From the NCBI GenBank assembly GCA_965203315.1, contig OZ241857.1:1120001-1184000 (forward strand): a DNA stretch of 64,000 nt. Reading direction: 5' to 3'. Below, piece after piece: positions 40,359 through 51,600 of the stretch. Each line of letters opens with the position of its first letter. Position 1 is the stretch's first letter. The notes under the pieces were generated by a model. The model saw only the letters and a program-made list of their open reading frames with translations, was not told where the DNA came from and ran no database searches. This stretch comes from Nitrosopumilus sp. Its GTDB lineage: Archaea; Thermoproteota; Nitrososphaeria; Nitrososphaerales; Nitrosopumilaceae. The position numbers were made by a program, and so were the translations under genes.

Positions 40359-42296
40359 ATGGGCGAATGGAGACCTGGAAATACTATTATGAAGATTCCA
40401 TTAAAAGATCATACATTAGAGATTACTGGTAAAGATATCCAAGTCTACAACTCTGAAAGAATTTTGTTGATTGTTCGGATGAGAGATATTAAAGCAATCA
40501 CCCCAAGAGAAGAAAATAGTATTTGTATATATTATGATAAAATAGGGTGTCATCCATTCAGACCAGATAGAAAAATATATGAACTCGATAAATCTCAACC
40601 CTCGTCATTGCAAGTTTGTCGTCAGATTCTTAATAAACTTGCAAATATAGGACTAGTACAAAAAAATGAGAAAGGTCTGCTGTGTATAAAACATAATGAG
40701 GAGATTTTAGGGGTATTTCCTAATGTCAGAATACATAAAAATTTTGGTGTACTCTACATTACAAGTTTAAGAATTGTTCACGAAACTGATATTGGAGTAT
40801 TGATGGATATGGACTATTATGATATGGTACATGTCAGAGAACAATCAGAAAATACTATTGAAATAATATGGGAGCATGACGTATCGTCTCTGAAAGATCC
40901 AATATTTTCTTCTAAAATAACTATGTCAAGCAAGTCTGATAGGAAAGTTGCATATTTAAGAATTACTCGGCATATTGCAGGAGTTGATTCGGTGAATAAG
41001 ATATTTTATAAATTGGATAAAGATTTTGGTTCGTTAGATTGTGACAAAATATATGACCTAGCTCGAAATAGTGATAAAGATTTTGATAAATACATATTCA
41101 TATTATCCCTGCTTTCATGTGGATATGTTTCTGATGATTTTACAGATCATGAAAAAGACCTGATTCTAGCATGTAAATTATTGGAATTTGACGAAAAACT
41201 TGTCATGACTATGACCAACGAAGAAGTTCGACAGCGTAACTTTTCTACAAGATATGAGTATTTTTCAGATCGTATAGTAAAGGAATTTGATCTAGATGAA
41301 GATAACATATTAGACTATGTTGAACGCTGTCTAAAATCAGATCAAACTCCAGATCAAACGCAACGAGATATCCAGAGCAGACATTCAGAGATGATGAATG
41401 CAATAAGATTGACTAACAAGATATATGCTGAGTCTCTACGATACTATGACAAACGAGTTATGATTTTATACAAAGAGTGGTGTAAAAGTAATCCTCTACA
41501 AAACTTTACAGACGAGTACGGCAATGAGTGGGTCAATTATCTTTTAAATAAATTAGATACACCTAAAGGACATCATCCCATTGGTGATTATTATCCTAGT
41601 TATCATAATCTAAAATCTATGTTAGAGATTAGAGACAAAAGCCGTTATACACTTACAAACTTTTCAGCTCCAGATCATATAGAACCGAGAGATATCTACA
41701 ACAACTGTTGGTATGACAAGCAACATGAAATGTGGTATGTCCAAGATAGTGACTTGGGTTATATTTTACAGAATATTGCAGACTCTAATCCAGATCGCTC
41801 AGAGGCGATGGTTGGTAGACGTGTATGGGGTTTTAAAAAAGACCGTGTGAATATGTTTTGTGGGTTTCCTAGCGTATTACAAGAGTCCATCTATAAAGAA
41901 AAAGCAATCACAATTACATCTAGTAGAGTCACAGGTCAGACAATGCGTAGATTGTTTTCTGACACTCTCAATTATATACTACCGATACTACGAGATTCGG
42001 ATATCATTCCAGAGATGGAGATCAAATATGGGAGCATGTTCTATAAAACCAGTGAGTTAAAATATATCATTAATCCTTTGGGTGACTATGACATACTTAC
42101 ACCACAGATGGCAAAGTTTAAGAATAAACGATACGACTTTGCAGATATTCCGTTAAATGAGAGAGTTAGAAGGGCACTATTTGTTTTAGAGACAGGTCTC
42201 AGATTTAATCCTCATGCCCCTTTGGAACCATCTACAATAAAGGTTCCAAATCCATATCCAAATACGTTCTATGATGAACGTTTTGAATACGTATAA
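40359..42296 (+). CDS. Hypothetical 645-aa protein, possible N-terminal PH-like domains
   Basis: Long AT-rich ORF; GVLYITSLRIVH resembles the bacterial PH/GRAM GxLxLTxxRxxF motif. Confidence 0.65.
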   Translation: MGEWRPGNTIMKIPLKDHTLEITGKDIQVYNSERILLIVRMRDIKAITPREENSICIYYDKIGCHPFRPDRKIYELDKSQPSSLQVCRQILNKLANIGLVQKNEKGLLCIKHNEEILGVFPNVRIHKNFGVLYITSLRIVHETDIGVLMDMDYYDMVHVREQSENTIEIIWEHDVSSLKDPIFSSKITMSSKSDRKVAYLRITRHIAGVDSVNKIFYKLDKDFGSLDCDKIYDLARNSDKDFDKYIFILSLLSCGYVSDDFTDHEKDLILACKLLEFDEKLVMTMTNEEVRQRNFSTRYEYFSDRIVKEFDLDEDNILDYVERCLKSDQTPDQTQRDIQSRHSEMMNAIRLTNKIYAESLRYYDKRVMILYKEWCKSNPLQNFTDEYGNEWVNYLLNKLDTPKGHHPIGDYYPSYHNLKSMLEIRDKSRYTLTNFSAPDHIEPRDIYNNCWYDKQHEMWYVQDSDLGYILQNIADSNPDRSEAMVGRRVWGFKKDRVNMFCGFPSVLQESIYKEKAITITSSRVTGQTMRRLFSDTLNYILPILRDSDIIPEMEIKYGSMFYKTSELKYIINPLGDYDILTPQMAKFKNKRYDFADIPLNERVRRALFVLETGLRFNPHAPLEPSTIKVPNPYPNTFYDERFEYV

Positions 42297-42441
42297 TCGT
42301 GGATAGAAACGAGTTTACATTTGTTAATGATTTTCTATTATACTTGGCGATTTACAACCACGACTATTGGTGAATTAGAAATCTATTGATCAATAACATT
42401 CTTGATCGATAAATGTGACGTGAATTTATTTTTGTCCACGA

Positions 42442-45138
42442 CTATGCACAAGGATTTTTATCGCCAGATGTTTCGTCACTAGTCTCGCCATATTTTGCTC
42501 TGCTTGCCTCAATGGCTCGTTCAAATCTTATTTTCTTTCTAACATCCTCACGAATTCTCTCTAGTGGCCAGTCGGGATGCTCACGTTGAACTTGTTGCAT
42601 CATTCGTACTGTCTCTTCTTGTGTATATTTTTTTGGTTGTGCGACAGAACTAGATTTTGACTTGTGAGATATAATGCCAGTACCGTCACAAATTTTACAA
42701 TCAAGAGATTGTGTGCTATTTCCAAAACAGCTATAGCATGTCTGATCAGTTGATTTTCGTTCGTCATATACTGTATCGTAGATATATTCGAAAAATCGCC
42801 ATGATTGATCAACCTCTTCTTTATCGGATACAAGTTGAATGTTATCTGATATGTCAACTATTACACAGTCGGTTGTTCCGTTATTCTTTGGTCCTCGCAA
42901 TCCTCTACCTGCCATCTGATTATACAATACATGACTAAATGTAGGACGTGCAACAAACACACAGTCTACTTTTGGTGAATCAAATCCGGTAGTAAGTATA
43001 TTGTAATTACATAAAACAGAGATCTTGCCTTGTCTAAAATCGTTTGTTATTTCATCTCTCTCTTCAGTGCTAATTTTATGATCAATCGATGCAGATTTTA
43101 TTCCATATAGCGCGTCTAACACAAATGATATAAACCGTGAATGTTCAACAGAACAAGCAAAAAGGAGAATTGATTTTTTATTTTCTTTATTTATTAATGA
43201 ACATATCTTGTTAATTATTCTGTGGTTTCTCTGTGGATCACTTCCAATTGCTTTAATAGTTTTTTCAGAGATATCATGAAATTGTTTAAACTGTTCTATC
43301 TCTTTGTCAGTCATATCTACTTTGTGTCTTGAATAATCAATAATATAGTGATGAGGAACTGCTAGAATTTTTTGTTTGATTAAATGGTCATATAGTTTTT
43401 TCATTTCTTTATCATTTGATGCTTCACTCGATCTAGGAGACTGTAGAATATTAATATATGATATGGCCATATTTGTACTCGTATTTTTACTATCGCTAAC
43501 GTATAGTTGAATTTCATACTTGCCTGGGTCTCTGAATGAAAAGTCGATATTTGCGTCTTGACCCTTTTCATTATAAACTTCTGTGCTTGGGCTATCGTGA
43601 TTATGTTTAAGAATGATAAAGTGATACTCTATAATTCTTTCATCAGTAATACTATATGATCCTTCACCATACAATCTAATCTGTTCGTTTTGGAGTCCAT
43701 TCTTCTGTACAGTAAGAGAAGCATGTGGAGGAACATCAACCTCGTCTGCAAGATCTGAAAATGATGGCCAAAGTATACGATGCTTCTTTCCAAATCTATT
43801 CAATAAACTTGTTGTACTCTTTTTGTCATCATCACCCCTAAACGGAGTTGCGGTCAAGCCAAGCAGGCATGTATGGTTTTCACTAATATCCATACCTGCT
43901 CTTCTCCGAAAGTTAAATCCCAATGCTTCTAAAACTCGATTATAGCTAATATTAGATGGGACCGCATGGTGCGCTTCATCTATAATTACCATTGCGGTGT
44001 ATTTTCCTAATTCTGGAAGAGAACCGTTATCACTATTTTTAGATATACTGTACAGTGATTGTATTGATGCCACTATTACACCATTTTGTTCATCAATATA
44101 GCCACCATCATCACCAGAGTGCTGATATAATATGTCACCGATATTTTTGGCTTCTTTATCATATATTGGATGTAGTCTTAGACTGGAATCTTTTTTGCCT
44201 TTGTGTCTAAACATATCTGCAAACGTATCGAATGCTTGTTGGCATAGTTCCTTTTTATCAACGATCCATAAAATGAATTTCTTATCTTCTTTACCCTTCT
44301 TGCCATCGTTTATCCAATCTATAAGTGTCTCAACAACCAACCTAGTCTTTCCTGCACCTGTCGGTAAAACAACAAGTGCTCTCGATGTATCTATAGTATA
44401 GTTTTCTAGCATATCAAGAATCTTGAGTCTAATACTAGATTGATAATCATGTAAGGGTTGCAACATCCCAATAGGACGTATAGTGTCTGGAAGGAGTTTG
44501 GCTTCATGACTTTGACTAAAGAAAATTTCTCTCGGAAGCTCGAGATGGTCATGATTCTTAGCCTTAAGATGTTCAATGATCGTTTTGCAAAAGCTTTTGT
44601 ATTCTTTATTAATAGTGAACTCTTTAACAAGATCACATAGATTATTTGATACAATTCGCTGTTGTGCAGTGATACACTCTTTATCAGAACAATATAACGG
44701 TTTTTTAAGCCCTAGCTTTTGAGAAAAAATGGGCTGATCCTTATTCCACTTGCTATTACATTTTTTACATGATCCAGCAGACTCTGAATTGATATTACTA
44801 ATTAAACAAGATAAAAATATATCCTTGAATGAACTATCTATTTCAATCTGTTTTTTTATGATCAAGCACAAAAAGCTTGTTCGAGTATGCTTGTTAGTGT
44901 TTACAAGAAAATTTTTACCAACATAATCAAAAAGAATTTCTGCAAAAGATTTTCTTTCTGCATGACTTTCCTTCTCATAATTTTGTAGTTGACCATAAAT
45001 AGAATCAGAGAAACGTTTATCTGCAATACTTGGAATTATATCTTTTCTAATCTCATCATCTGTCCACCAATCATTAAAAATAGATATTATCTTATCTTTG
45101 GGAGGGATTTCTGGCGGCAGATCAAAAAAATCGGTCAT
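42442..45138 (-). CDS. SF2 DEAH helicase (ResIII-like) with PKD-like insertion and C-terminal Zn finger
   Basis: LPTGAGKT, DEAHH, GLTATP, LTTGFDSP, QMAGRGLRG; CYSCFG..CKICDGTG. Confidence 0.9.
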   Translation of the reverse strand: MTDFFDLPPEIPPKDKIISIFNDWWTDDEIRKDIIPSIADKRFSDSIYGQLQNYEKESHAERKSFAEILFDYVGKNFLVNTNKHTRTSFLCLIIKKQIEIDSSFKDIFLSCLISNINSESAGSCKKCNSKWNKDQPIFSQKLGLKKPLYCSDKECITAQQRIVSNNLCDLVKEFTINKEYKSFCKTIIEHLKAKNHDHLELPREIFFSQSHEAKLLPDTIRPIGMLQPLHDYQSSIRLKILDMLENYTIDTSRALVVLPTGAGKTRLVVETLIDWINDGKKGKEDKKFILWIVDKKELCQQAFDTFADMFRHKGKKDSSLRLHPIYDKEAKNIGDILYQHSGDDGGYIDEQNGVIVASIQSLYSISKNSDNGSLPELGKYTAMVIIDEAHHAVPSNISYNRVLEALGFNFRRRAGMDISENHTCLLGLTATPFRGDDDKKSTTSLLNRFGKKHRILWPSFSDLADEVDVPPHASLTVQKNGLQNEQIRLYGEGSYSITDERIIEYHFIILKHNHDSPSTEVYNEKGQDANIDFSFRDPGKYEIQLYVSDSKNTSTNMAISYINILQSPRSSEASNDKEMKKLYDHLIKQKILAVPHHYIIDYSRHKVDMTDKEIEQFKQFHDISEKTIKAIGSDPQRNHRIINKICSLINKENKKSILLFACSVEHSRFISFVLDALYGIKSASIDHKISTEERDEITNDFRQGKISVLCNYNILTTGFDSPKVDCVFVARPTFSHVLYNQMAGRGLRGPKNNGTTDCVIVDISDNIQLVSDKEEVDQSWRFFEYIYDTVYDERKSTDQTCYSCFGNSTQSLDCKICDGTGIISHKSKSSSVAQPKKYTQEETVRMMQQVQREHPDWPLERIREDVRKKIRFERAIEASRAKYGETSDETSGDKNPCA

Positions 45139-46103
45139 AAATAGCCTAAATGTGTATCGTTATTAAAAGTTTGTAACTTTTGTTTATATACGTTGACTTG
45201 ATTACTTGAATTTAATATCTAGTACAATATGATATTCTCAAGGAAATCATAACTCTTTTAGTACATCTCTAAAAAACCCATCATTAGGATCTCGAAGCAT
45301 CCATCTATCTAATAGATTGTTAAAGTTTTGACAGCTAGTCTCTGAAATTATCGTACATGCATAACATGCAGAACCAGAATATTTCATATCTAGAGCAAGA
45401 TTCTTCCGAAGTTCTACAGGATCTCTTTCGCCACACAAGGGATCGCCCGAACAAACATCAGAGCGTCTTATGGTATTTTTGACAATCATCTCAAAATTCT
45501 TTACATTACCCAATCTAACTAGCCCACCCAAACTTCCTCCTGACGAAGCACTCGATGTATAAACAAGTATTCCATTTCGATTTTGTGGATCGGCTGTAGA
45601 ATATATTCTCTCTTTAAGCGATGCTTCATGATATCCTGAATGATTGGCAATTTCACGTATAAGCAAATGTGCAAATGTATGAAGAAATATGTAACGTGGA
45701 GAATTGAACATTTTTTTAATAATCTCTTTCTCAATATGTTTGTGTTTATCTGCATGTTCTGCATAGCTGTCTAGTAGTACATCATATCTTTCACAAACTT
45801 TTGGTCTTTGCTCCCATATTGAAAGTATGTCTTCATCAAAACTGAAAAAGATTCCTTCGCCTTTTGTTTCAATAGCAGGCAACCAATCAATAGAAGATTT
45901 GTTTCGAGAATTAAACATGTCGCTTGAGCTAATTGGTCTGAATGCAGATTTTCTATTTAGTTGTTCTTCAGTGGCAAACGGATCTGGAGAAATACCTCTA
46001 GTGAACCCTCGTAACACATTAATTGCGATCAATCTATGAAATTTCATTAAAGATTTTACATGATATTTTTCTAGTAATGACTTTTGTATGTCTAATGGTT
46101 CTA

Positions 46104-47636
46104 TAGTCACGAACATAATTATTTTCCGGTTCGTTTTTGCCAAATGATGTGATTTCTTTCAACATCCTCGTTGAAATCACATTGATCATAAAACATACGA
46201 GGCAATAACAACAAAAAATCACTGATTATTAGTTCATGGTTGGAAATAAACAAAGATGATTAGTGACCAAAATTTAAAATGTCCAATGGCGCACAAAAAA
46301 TTTAAATTTTTGTTAATGTTGGTATTGAACAATAATAATTAACTAATTGATCATGTTTAGTTGACTATACATGTTTATTTGTTACTATCTTTTATGATAT
46401 GTAATGAATCAAGTATGTGAGGATATGGTTAGCTACATCAAACACATGCCAAATCATAACGTACACAAAAGAATTATTGTTGTACTAACGGTACTAAATT
46501 TTAGTTACACACAAGTAAATGTTGCAGAGATAGCAGGAATTACGCCTCGCACCGTATTTAATTGGATTACACGGTATCAGAAAGAAGGAATTGAGGGACT
46601 CAAAGACAAGTCAGGTCGAGGAAGGAAACCAAAAGTATCTAACCGAATGTTTGAGTACATACTGGGACTCGACAGCACCACAACAGTACAAAGAATTTTA
46701 GAGTTGGTTTTCAATATAACAAAAGTACGATATCATCCCAGCACGATACGACGCAGAATGAGAGAGCTAAGACGCTCTGCAAAGAGCTATGTCCAAGTAA
46801 ATTTCACTAATCGAGCCAGTGATGAGATGATAAAAAAATTCCAAAGAGCCAACATATCTTGGATTTCACGTCTAAACAACATGGGATTTCTAGTGATGGC
46901 AGTAGATGAGATGCACATCAACACCCACACAAAACGTCGTGTAAAAAGTTGGTCAAGGATAGGTGAAAAGATACGCATGCTAGCAGTAGCAGGAAAAGCT
47001 GAGAGAATAACAATATTTGGAGGAATCAGCACTAACGGAAAAATATGTCATACAATACGTCATTCAGCAAATTCTAAAGACTTTATAGCATTTATGAAGA
47101 TCATACGAAAGATGCGTCCCATGATAGAACCAATAATACTCATCCTTGACGGTGCATCATGTCACACTAGTCAAATAAGTAGACGATTTGCAAAAGAAAA
47201 TAACATAAAGTTAGTGCAATTACCAGCTGCTGTTCCTGAACTCAATGCATCAGAAGCACTCTGGAAACAGTTTAGACAATATACTCCAGTCAACAAAGTC
47301 TTTAAAACACTACGATCTCTAGAGAAACATGCAGATGAAACTATGAAAATCATGAAATGTAACGCAAATGTCATGGGTTGTCTTAAGAGAAAGATAATTA
47401 CGCCAAAAATATAGCTTGAAATTACAAAAATCATTGTGTCGTGCAAGAATAAATCATGCAGACGACCATAAAATTTTGATTGTTTTGTGTATTGGCGTGA
47501 ATATCTTTACAACAAATCAAAATTTATCTGACTTTTTTCGTATTTTATGATAATCGTTGTGATTTGAGCTACACGATTAACAAAAGGCAACACGATTGCT
47601 TAACAACGAACCGGAAAATAATTATGTTCGTGACTA
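46104..47636 (+). mobile_element. IS630-family insertion sequence, copy 2 (1533 bp), intact
   Basis: Perfect 32-bp TIRs; TA target duplication at 46102-46103 and 47637-47638. Confidence 0.96.
46404..47414 (+). CDS. IS630 transposase (HTH + DDE)
   Basis: HTH (TVFNWITRY..GL.D..GR), DDE triad AVDEM, ILDGASCH, PELNASEALW; single ORF. Confidence 0.95.
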   Translation: MNQVCEDMVSYIKHMPNHNVHKRIIVVLTVLNFSYTQVNVAEIAGITPRTVFNWITRYQKEGIEGLKDKSGRGRKPKVSNRMFEYILGLDSTTTVQRILELVFNITKVRYHPSTIRRRMRELRRSAKSYVQVNFTNRASDEMIKKFQRANISWISRLNNMGFLVMAVDEMHINTHTKRRVKSWSRIGEKIRMLAVAGKAERITIFGGISTNGKICHTIRHSANSKDFIAFMKIIRKMRPMIEPIILILDGASCHTSQISRRFAKENNIKLVQLPAAVPELNASEALWKQFRQYTPVNKVFKTLRSLEKHADETMKIMKCNANVMGCLKRKIITPKI

Positions 47637-48685
47637 TATATCTATTCTAAGATCATGTTGCGGTCCTAATTTTTTACGTTCTGAAACTCTAATAAAATCA
47701 TCAAACTCTTGTTCTAGTGCTTTTTCCATTATAGATACATCATCATTAAGAACAACAAATTTTGATTCTAGTGTCTCTTTTATCTCTGATTCTTCACACT
47801 CTTTCAAAATTTCTTTGAAATCGTCTTTGTAAAAATCAAATATGGTGTCAGTTGTTCTATTACTCTCATAATCATCTCGAATCCTTTTACGTAATCGTCC
47901 TTCGTCTCTATCTAATAATTCATCAATTGGATTAATCCACTTTGGGATTAATAGAGCAGTTGTATTAACTGGATAATAAATCGCAGTAGAATTGACTTGT
48001 ATTCCATACACATCTTCATTACATTTTTCACTATCCTTACTTAGCCATGGCTGGTTTCCATAACAAGTATTAAAATTAAATCTTTGAAATATTTTTTTAG
48101 AAGTTGCATTTCGCATTGATCTCTCTGATCCGCAATGGAGGCATTTTACTTTATAATTAAACCAGTTGATTCCCGTACCAGATTTGAGAAATACTAATTT
48201 TGGTTCTTCGTTGGACTTTTTAGTGCATTTTGCTATATTTCCATCTAGATTTTCTGGAAAATGTGCCCACATCTCCCAAGGAAATTCAGATATGTGCCCA
48301 TTATCACATATTTGTACAAAATATGCATGAAGTAATGAGAGGTTTGAATCGTGACAATCAACACAAGCAAATCCTTTGTAACTAGATGCAACTAGTGGGT
48401 GCTTTTGTAATCGATGACAACGTTGACATAATTTCCATTGTGGAAAGGATATACAAGGTACATGAGATGTGTCATCAGATGATAACATTTGAAAGAAACC
48501 CTTTTTGAGTTGTTGAGATAAATATGGATGTGAGACTTCTCTCATGTGTTTTCTCTCTTCAGTATTTTTTGGCCAAAACTCTAATCCAAGTATCATCACA
48601 GTATCATTTTGAAGATTCACTAGGGAACCGGGTCCGAATGTAGTTATGAGCTGACTAAGTCTAAGTGTTCCTGCGTTGACCATTT

Positions 48686-51600
48686 TTATCTTCCATAGGG
48701 CTTTTGATAATATAAAGTGATTTCTGATTCGGCATCTCTCAAAGATTCCATAACAGTAAAAGCATTTTCATCATAAGTATCTCTAGAAGAGTTTATCAAA
48801 TATAGATCATTTATTTTACTCTTTTGGTATGGGTTTTTACTATACTTTAATGTCCTTTTATTTTCTTCTGCATTCTTGATGAGATCTTGCCATTTTTTAA
48901 TTATATAATCAATATCGATTTTGGTTTGTTCCAATTCTTCAGGATCAATATCTTTCACTCGGTTTAAGATTTGCTCTTTTATTTTTTCAGTAAGATTTAG
49001 TACTCTAGGAATATTGGTGCTAAATCCTGTAGGATCAGTCGATAGAATATTATCTTGTAGTCTTACTAGTGCAAGAAATATTCCATTGAGTCCTCTATCT
49101 CGAGATCTTCCAGAATATGGAGTGAGTGAGCTAGGTTCGATCAATTTATGAAATTCTGTGTGAAAATGAATAAAATTTTCAAAATATGATAAATCGCGTG
49201 GGTTAAGATATGTATAATTTGTTACAACGATCCCAGGATTATTGCGACCTATTCTTCCCGATGCTTGAATATATTCTGATGTATTCTTTGGTTGGCCATT
49301 GATTACTAATAAATTAAGTCTGTCAACGTCTACACCAACAGAGAGCATATTAGTACAAAGCAATGCATCTAGAACTCGATCGCTTCCAAGCTTTGTTTCT
49401 ACTGATTGTAAAATTTTAGGAATCTCTGTAGCTAAAACTCTTCCTGTTAATTCTTCTTTTTGTAATATTTCTGAAGCAACTTTTTTAGCATTATTCTCTC
49501 TTTGAAAAATCTTCTCTGAGTCAATTATAGAATTAATGTAGTGGGGGAGTGTGTCATCATACATACGAACTGATGCTCCTAGATTTTTAATTGTGTTATA
49601 ATAGTTAACAAGTGTATAATAAGGATCCAAATCATCATCAGAAAAATCGAATTTCTCGTTGTTAAAATAAAATGAATTTTTGTTTTCTCGGATATGTCGA
49701 ATTTTTCTTGTTATAGATGCAGCTATTCGAATACCAACATTATACCTACTAGTCGTAGTAGAACATACGCCAATGTGTAACTTGCCGGGATTTTCTTCGC
49801 TTAGTGGTAAAGATTTCGCAAAAAACGATTCTCCAAATTCAAATCCTTGTGGTGGAAAGATCTTTGTTGATTCTAAATTAAATAAATCTTTTATTTGTTC
49901 ACTAGATTTTTTCATAGTAGCCGTAGCTGTAGATGCAATGATTTTAGGTCTAATTTCTTTATATGTAGACAATAGATCTATAGTGGTTTCATATAGACCA
50001 GTTATTGTTCCTAATGGACCTACAATTAGATGTAACTCGTCTTGAATTATTAGTTCTGGAGGAGATAGTTGCCTAGAAACATTGCCAAGGATTGTTCTTG
50101 TTTGTCCATCTTTGAATTTGTGTTCTTTATGGTGTGAACATATTTCATTTTTCACATTTTTCATATTTTTTGGCCTATATCCATGTTTACGACAGAATTG
50201 AGATACATTTCCAAATAATACTGAATAACGCGGGTTCCAAGAAAGCTGTGCAAATTTATCTACAGTCGAGATAAGTAGTGATGGTCGTAAATGTATTATA
50301 TCTTCATCTATAAATACAACAGGAAGAACTCTGTCGGGATCATTTGGTTTACCAAAAAAGCATTTTTCATTGCATCTGATTTGGATTCTTCTCGGTCTTA
50401 ATTTACTTGAAGATTCATATGCATTTTCAAATTCATATGAACGTGCATCTAATCTTCGTCCACACCAGGGGCAATTTAGTAATTGCATGGGATCACCCTC
50501 TTCAATCAGCATGTTTGGATTATGTTGTCTCGATTTTATTTTAGATCTAGCGTCTGCAAAAGCGTTCGGAGTAGTTTTAACTCCAGCCCAGAGACCCACG
50601 AGGAATGGCTCGTCACCAAATTTTACGCTGTTTTTGCCTTTCATTCTTACATATTCACATGCACATAGAAGTGTCGCCGCTCGTTGAAACTGTTGTAGTG
50701 TTAGTAGACGATATGTATATCGCATAATAACGGATACACCATATCGATCTAACTCTTCATCAAACGATTTAGGATCTTTTCCTTTTAATCGCCTATATGC
50801 AAGTGTAAATGCGATAACACCGTAATACGCTTCAGTTTTACCACCACCAGTTGGAAACCATAATAGATCTACTGTTTTATGATCTTTAGAGTCCTTGTCA
50901 GTAATAGATTCAATATTTAGTAATAAAAACGCAATTTGAAACAATCTCCATTCCGGATTGATCTCTGCATCATTTGGATGATCTTCAGTAATCTTTTCGC
51001 CATTCTCGATCTTGTCTCGGTTTTGTTTTACCCATTTTGAATGAAGAATGTTTTGATACATCACTTCATTTGTAAATCTAAAGGCTTCACCTACTAATGG
51101 TTCATTCGAAATTTTGTGTATTCCATTACGAATACGTGTAAGAGCATCATTACAATTGTCAATATTTTGTTTTGGTATATTTTCACTACCAGTTATGAAG
51201 TCTCTTTCAATTGTACTGTCTGAAGTTTGTTCCCATTCTTGTAATTTATCTTTTAGACTTTTAATCCATTCTCCATATTCTTCTACAATTGGTGATAAAA
51301 TATTTTGAAATTCGTTAAAATTTGTGACTTTTGAAAGTACTTGCATGTTTAATGATTTTTTGACTTTAACTGATGGATCTATTGGTTTGATTTCTGGAAT
51401 TTTGTAGTGTGGAATGAATGTAGTTTGAATCCAATCAGTTCTATCTTCTTCTTCGTTTATGTTCCATTCCACAGAACAGTTTTTACCGTGTGCAAAATAT
51501 TTCTCGTTTCGAAATAAAAACATCATTGCCTTATCTGTTTCATCATTTATTGTTTGTTTAATTCTAGAAATATTAAGAAATATTTTATCATTATTTGATG

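Larger units (their letters stand above)
45247..48683 (-). pseudogene. drmB: DrmB-like DUF1998 protein split by IS630 (reconstructs to ~633 aa)
   Basis: N-half LRLSQLITTFGPGSL..FP.W..C..C..CDNGHISEFPW; C-half LHTFAHLLIRE..SGY..SLKERIY..GGSLGGL..CSGDPLC..ACYAC..SETSC..N..LDR; removing the IS restores HDLRIDI-EPLDIQK in frame. Confidence 0.9.

Noticed and set aside
46102-46105. 4-bp TATA target duplication for the IS630
   Set aside because: Only the 2-bp TA model restores the drmB reading frame
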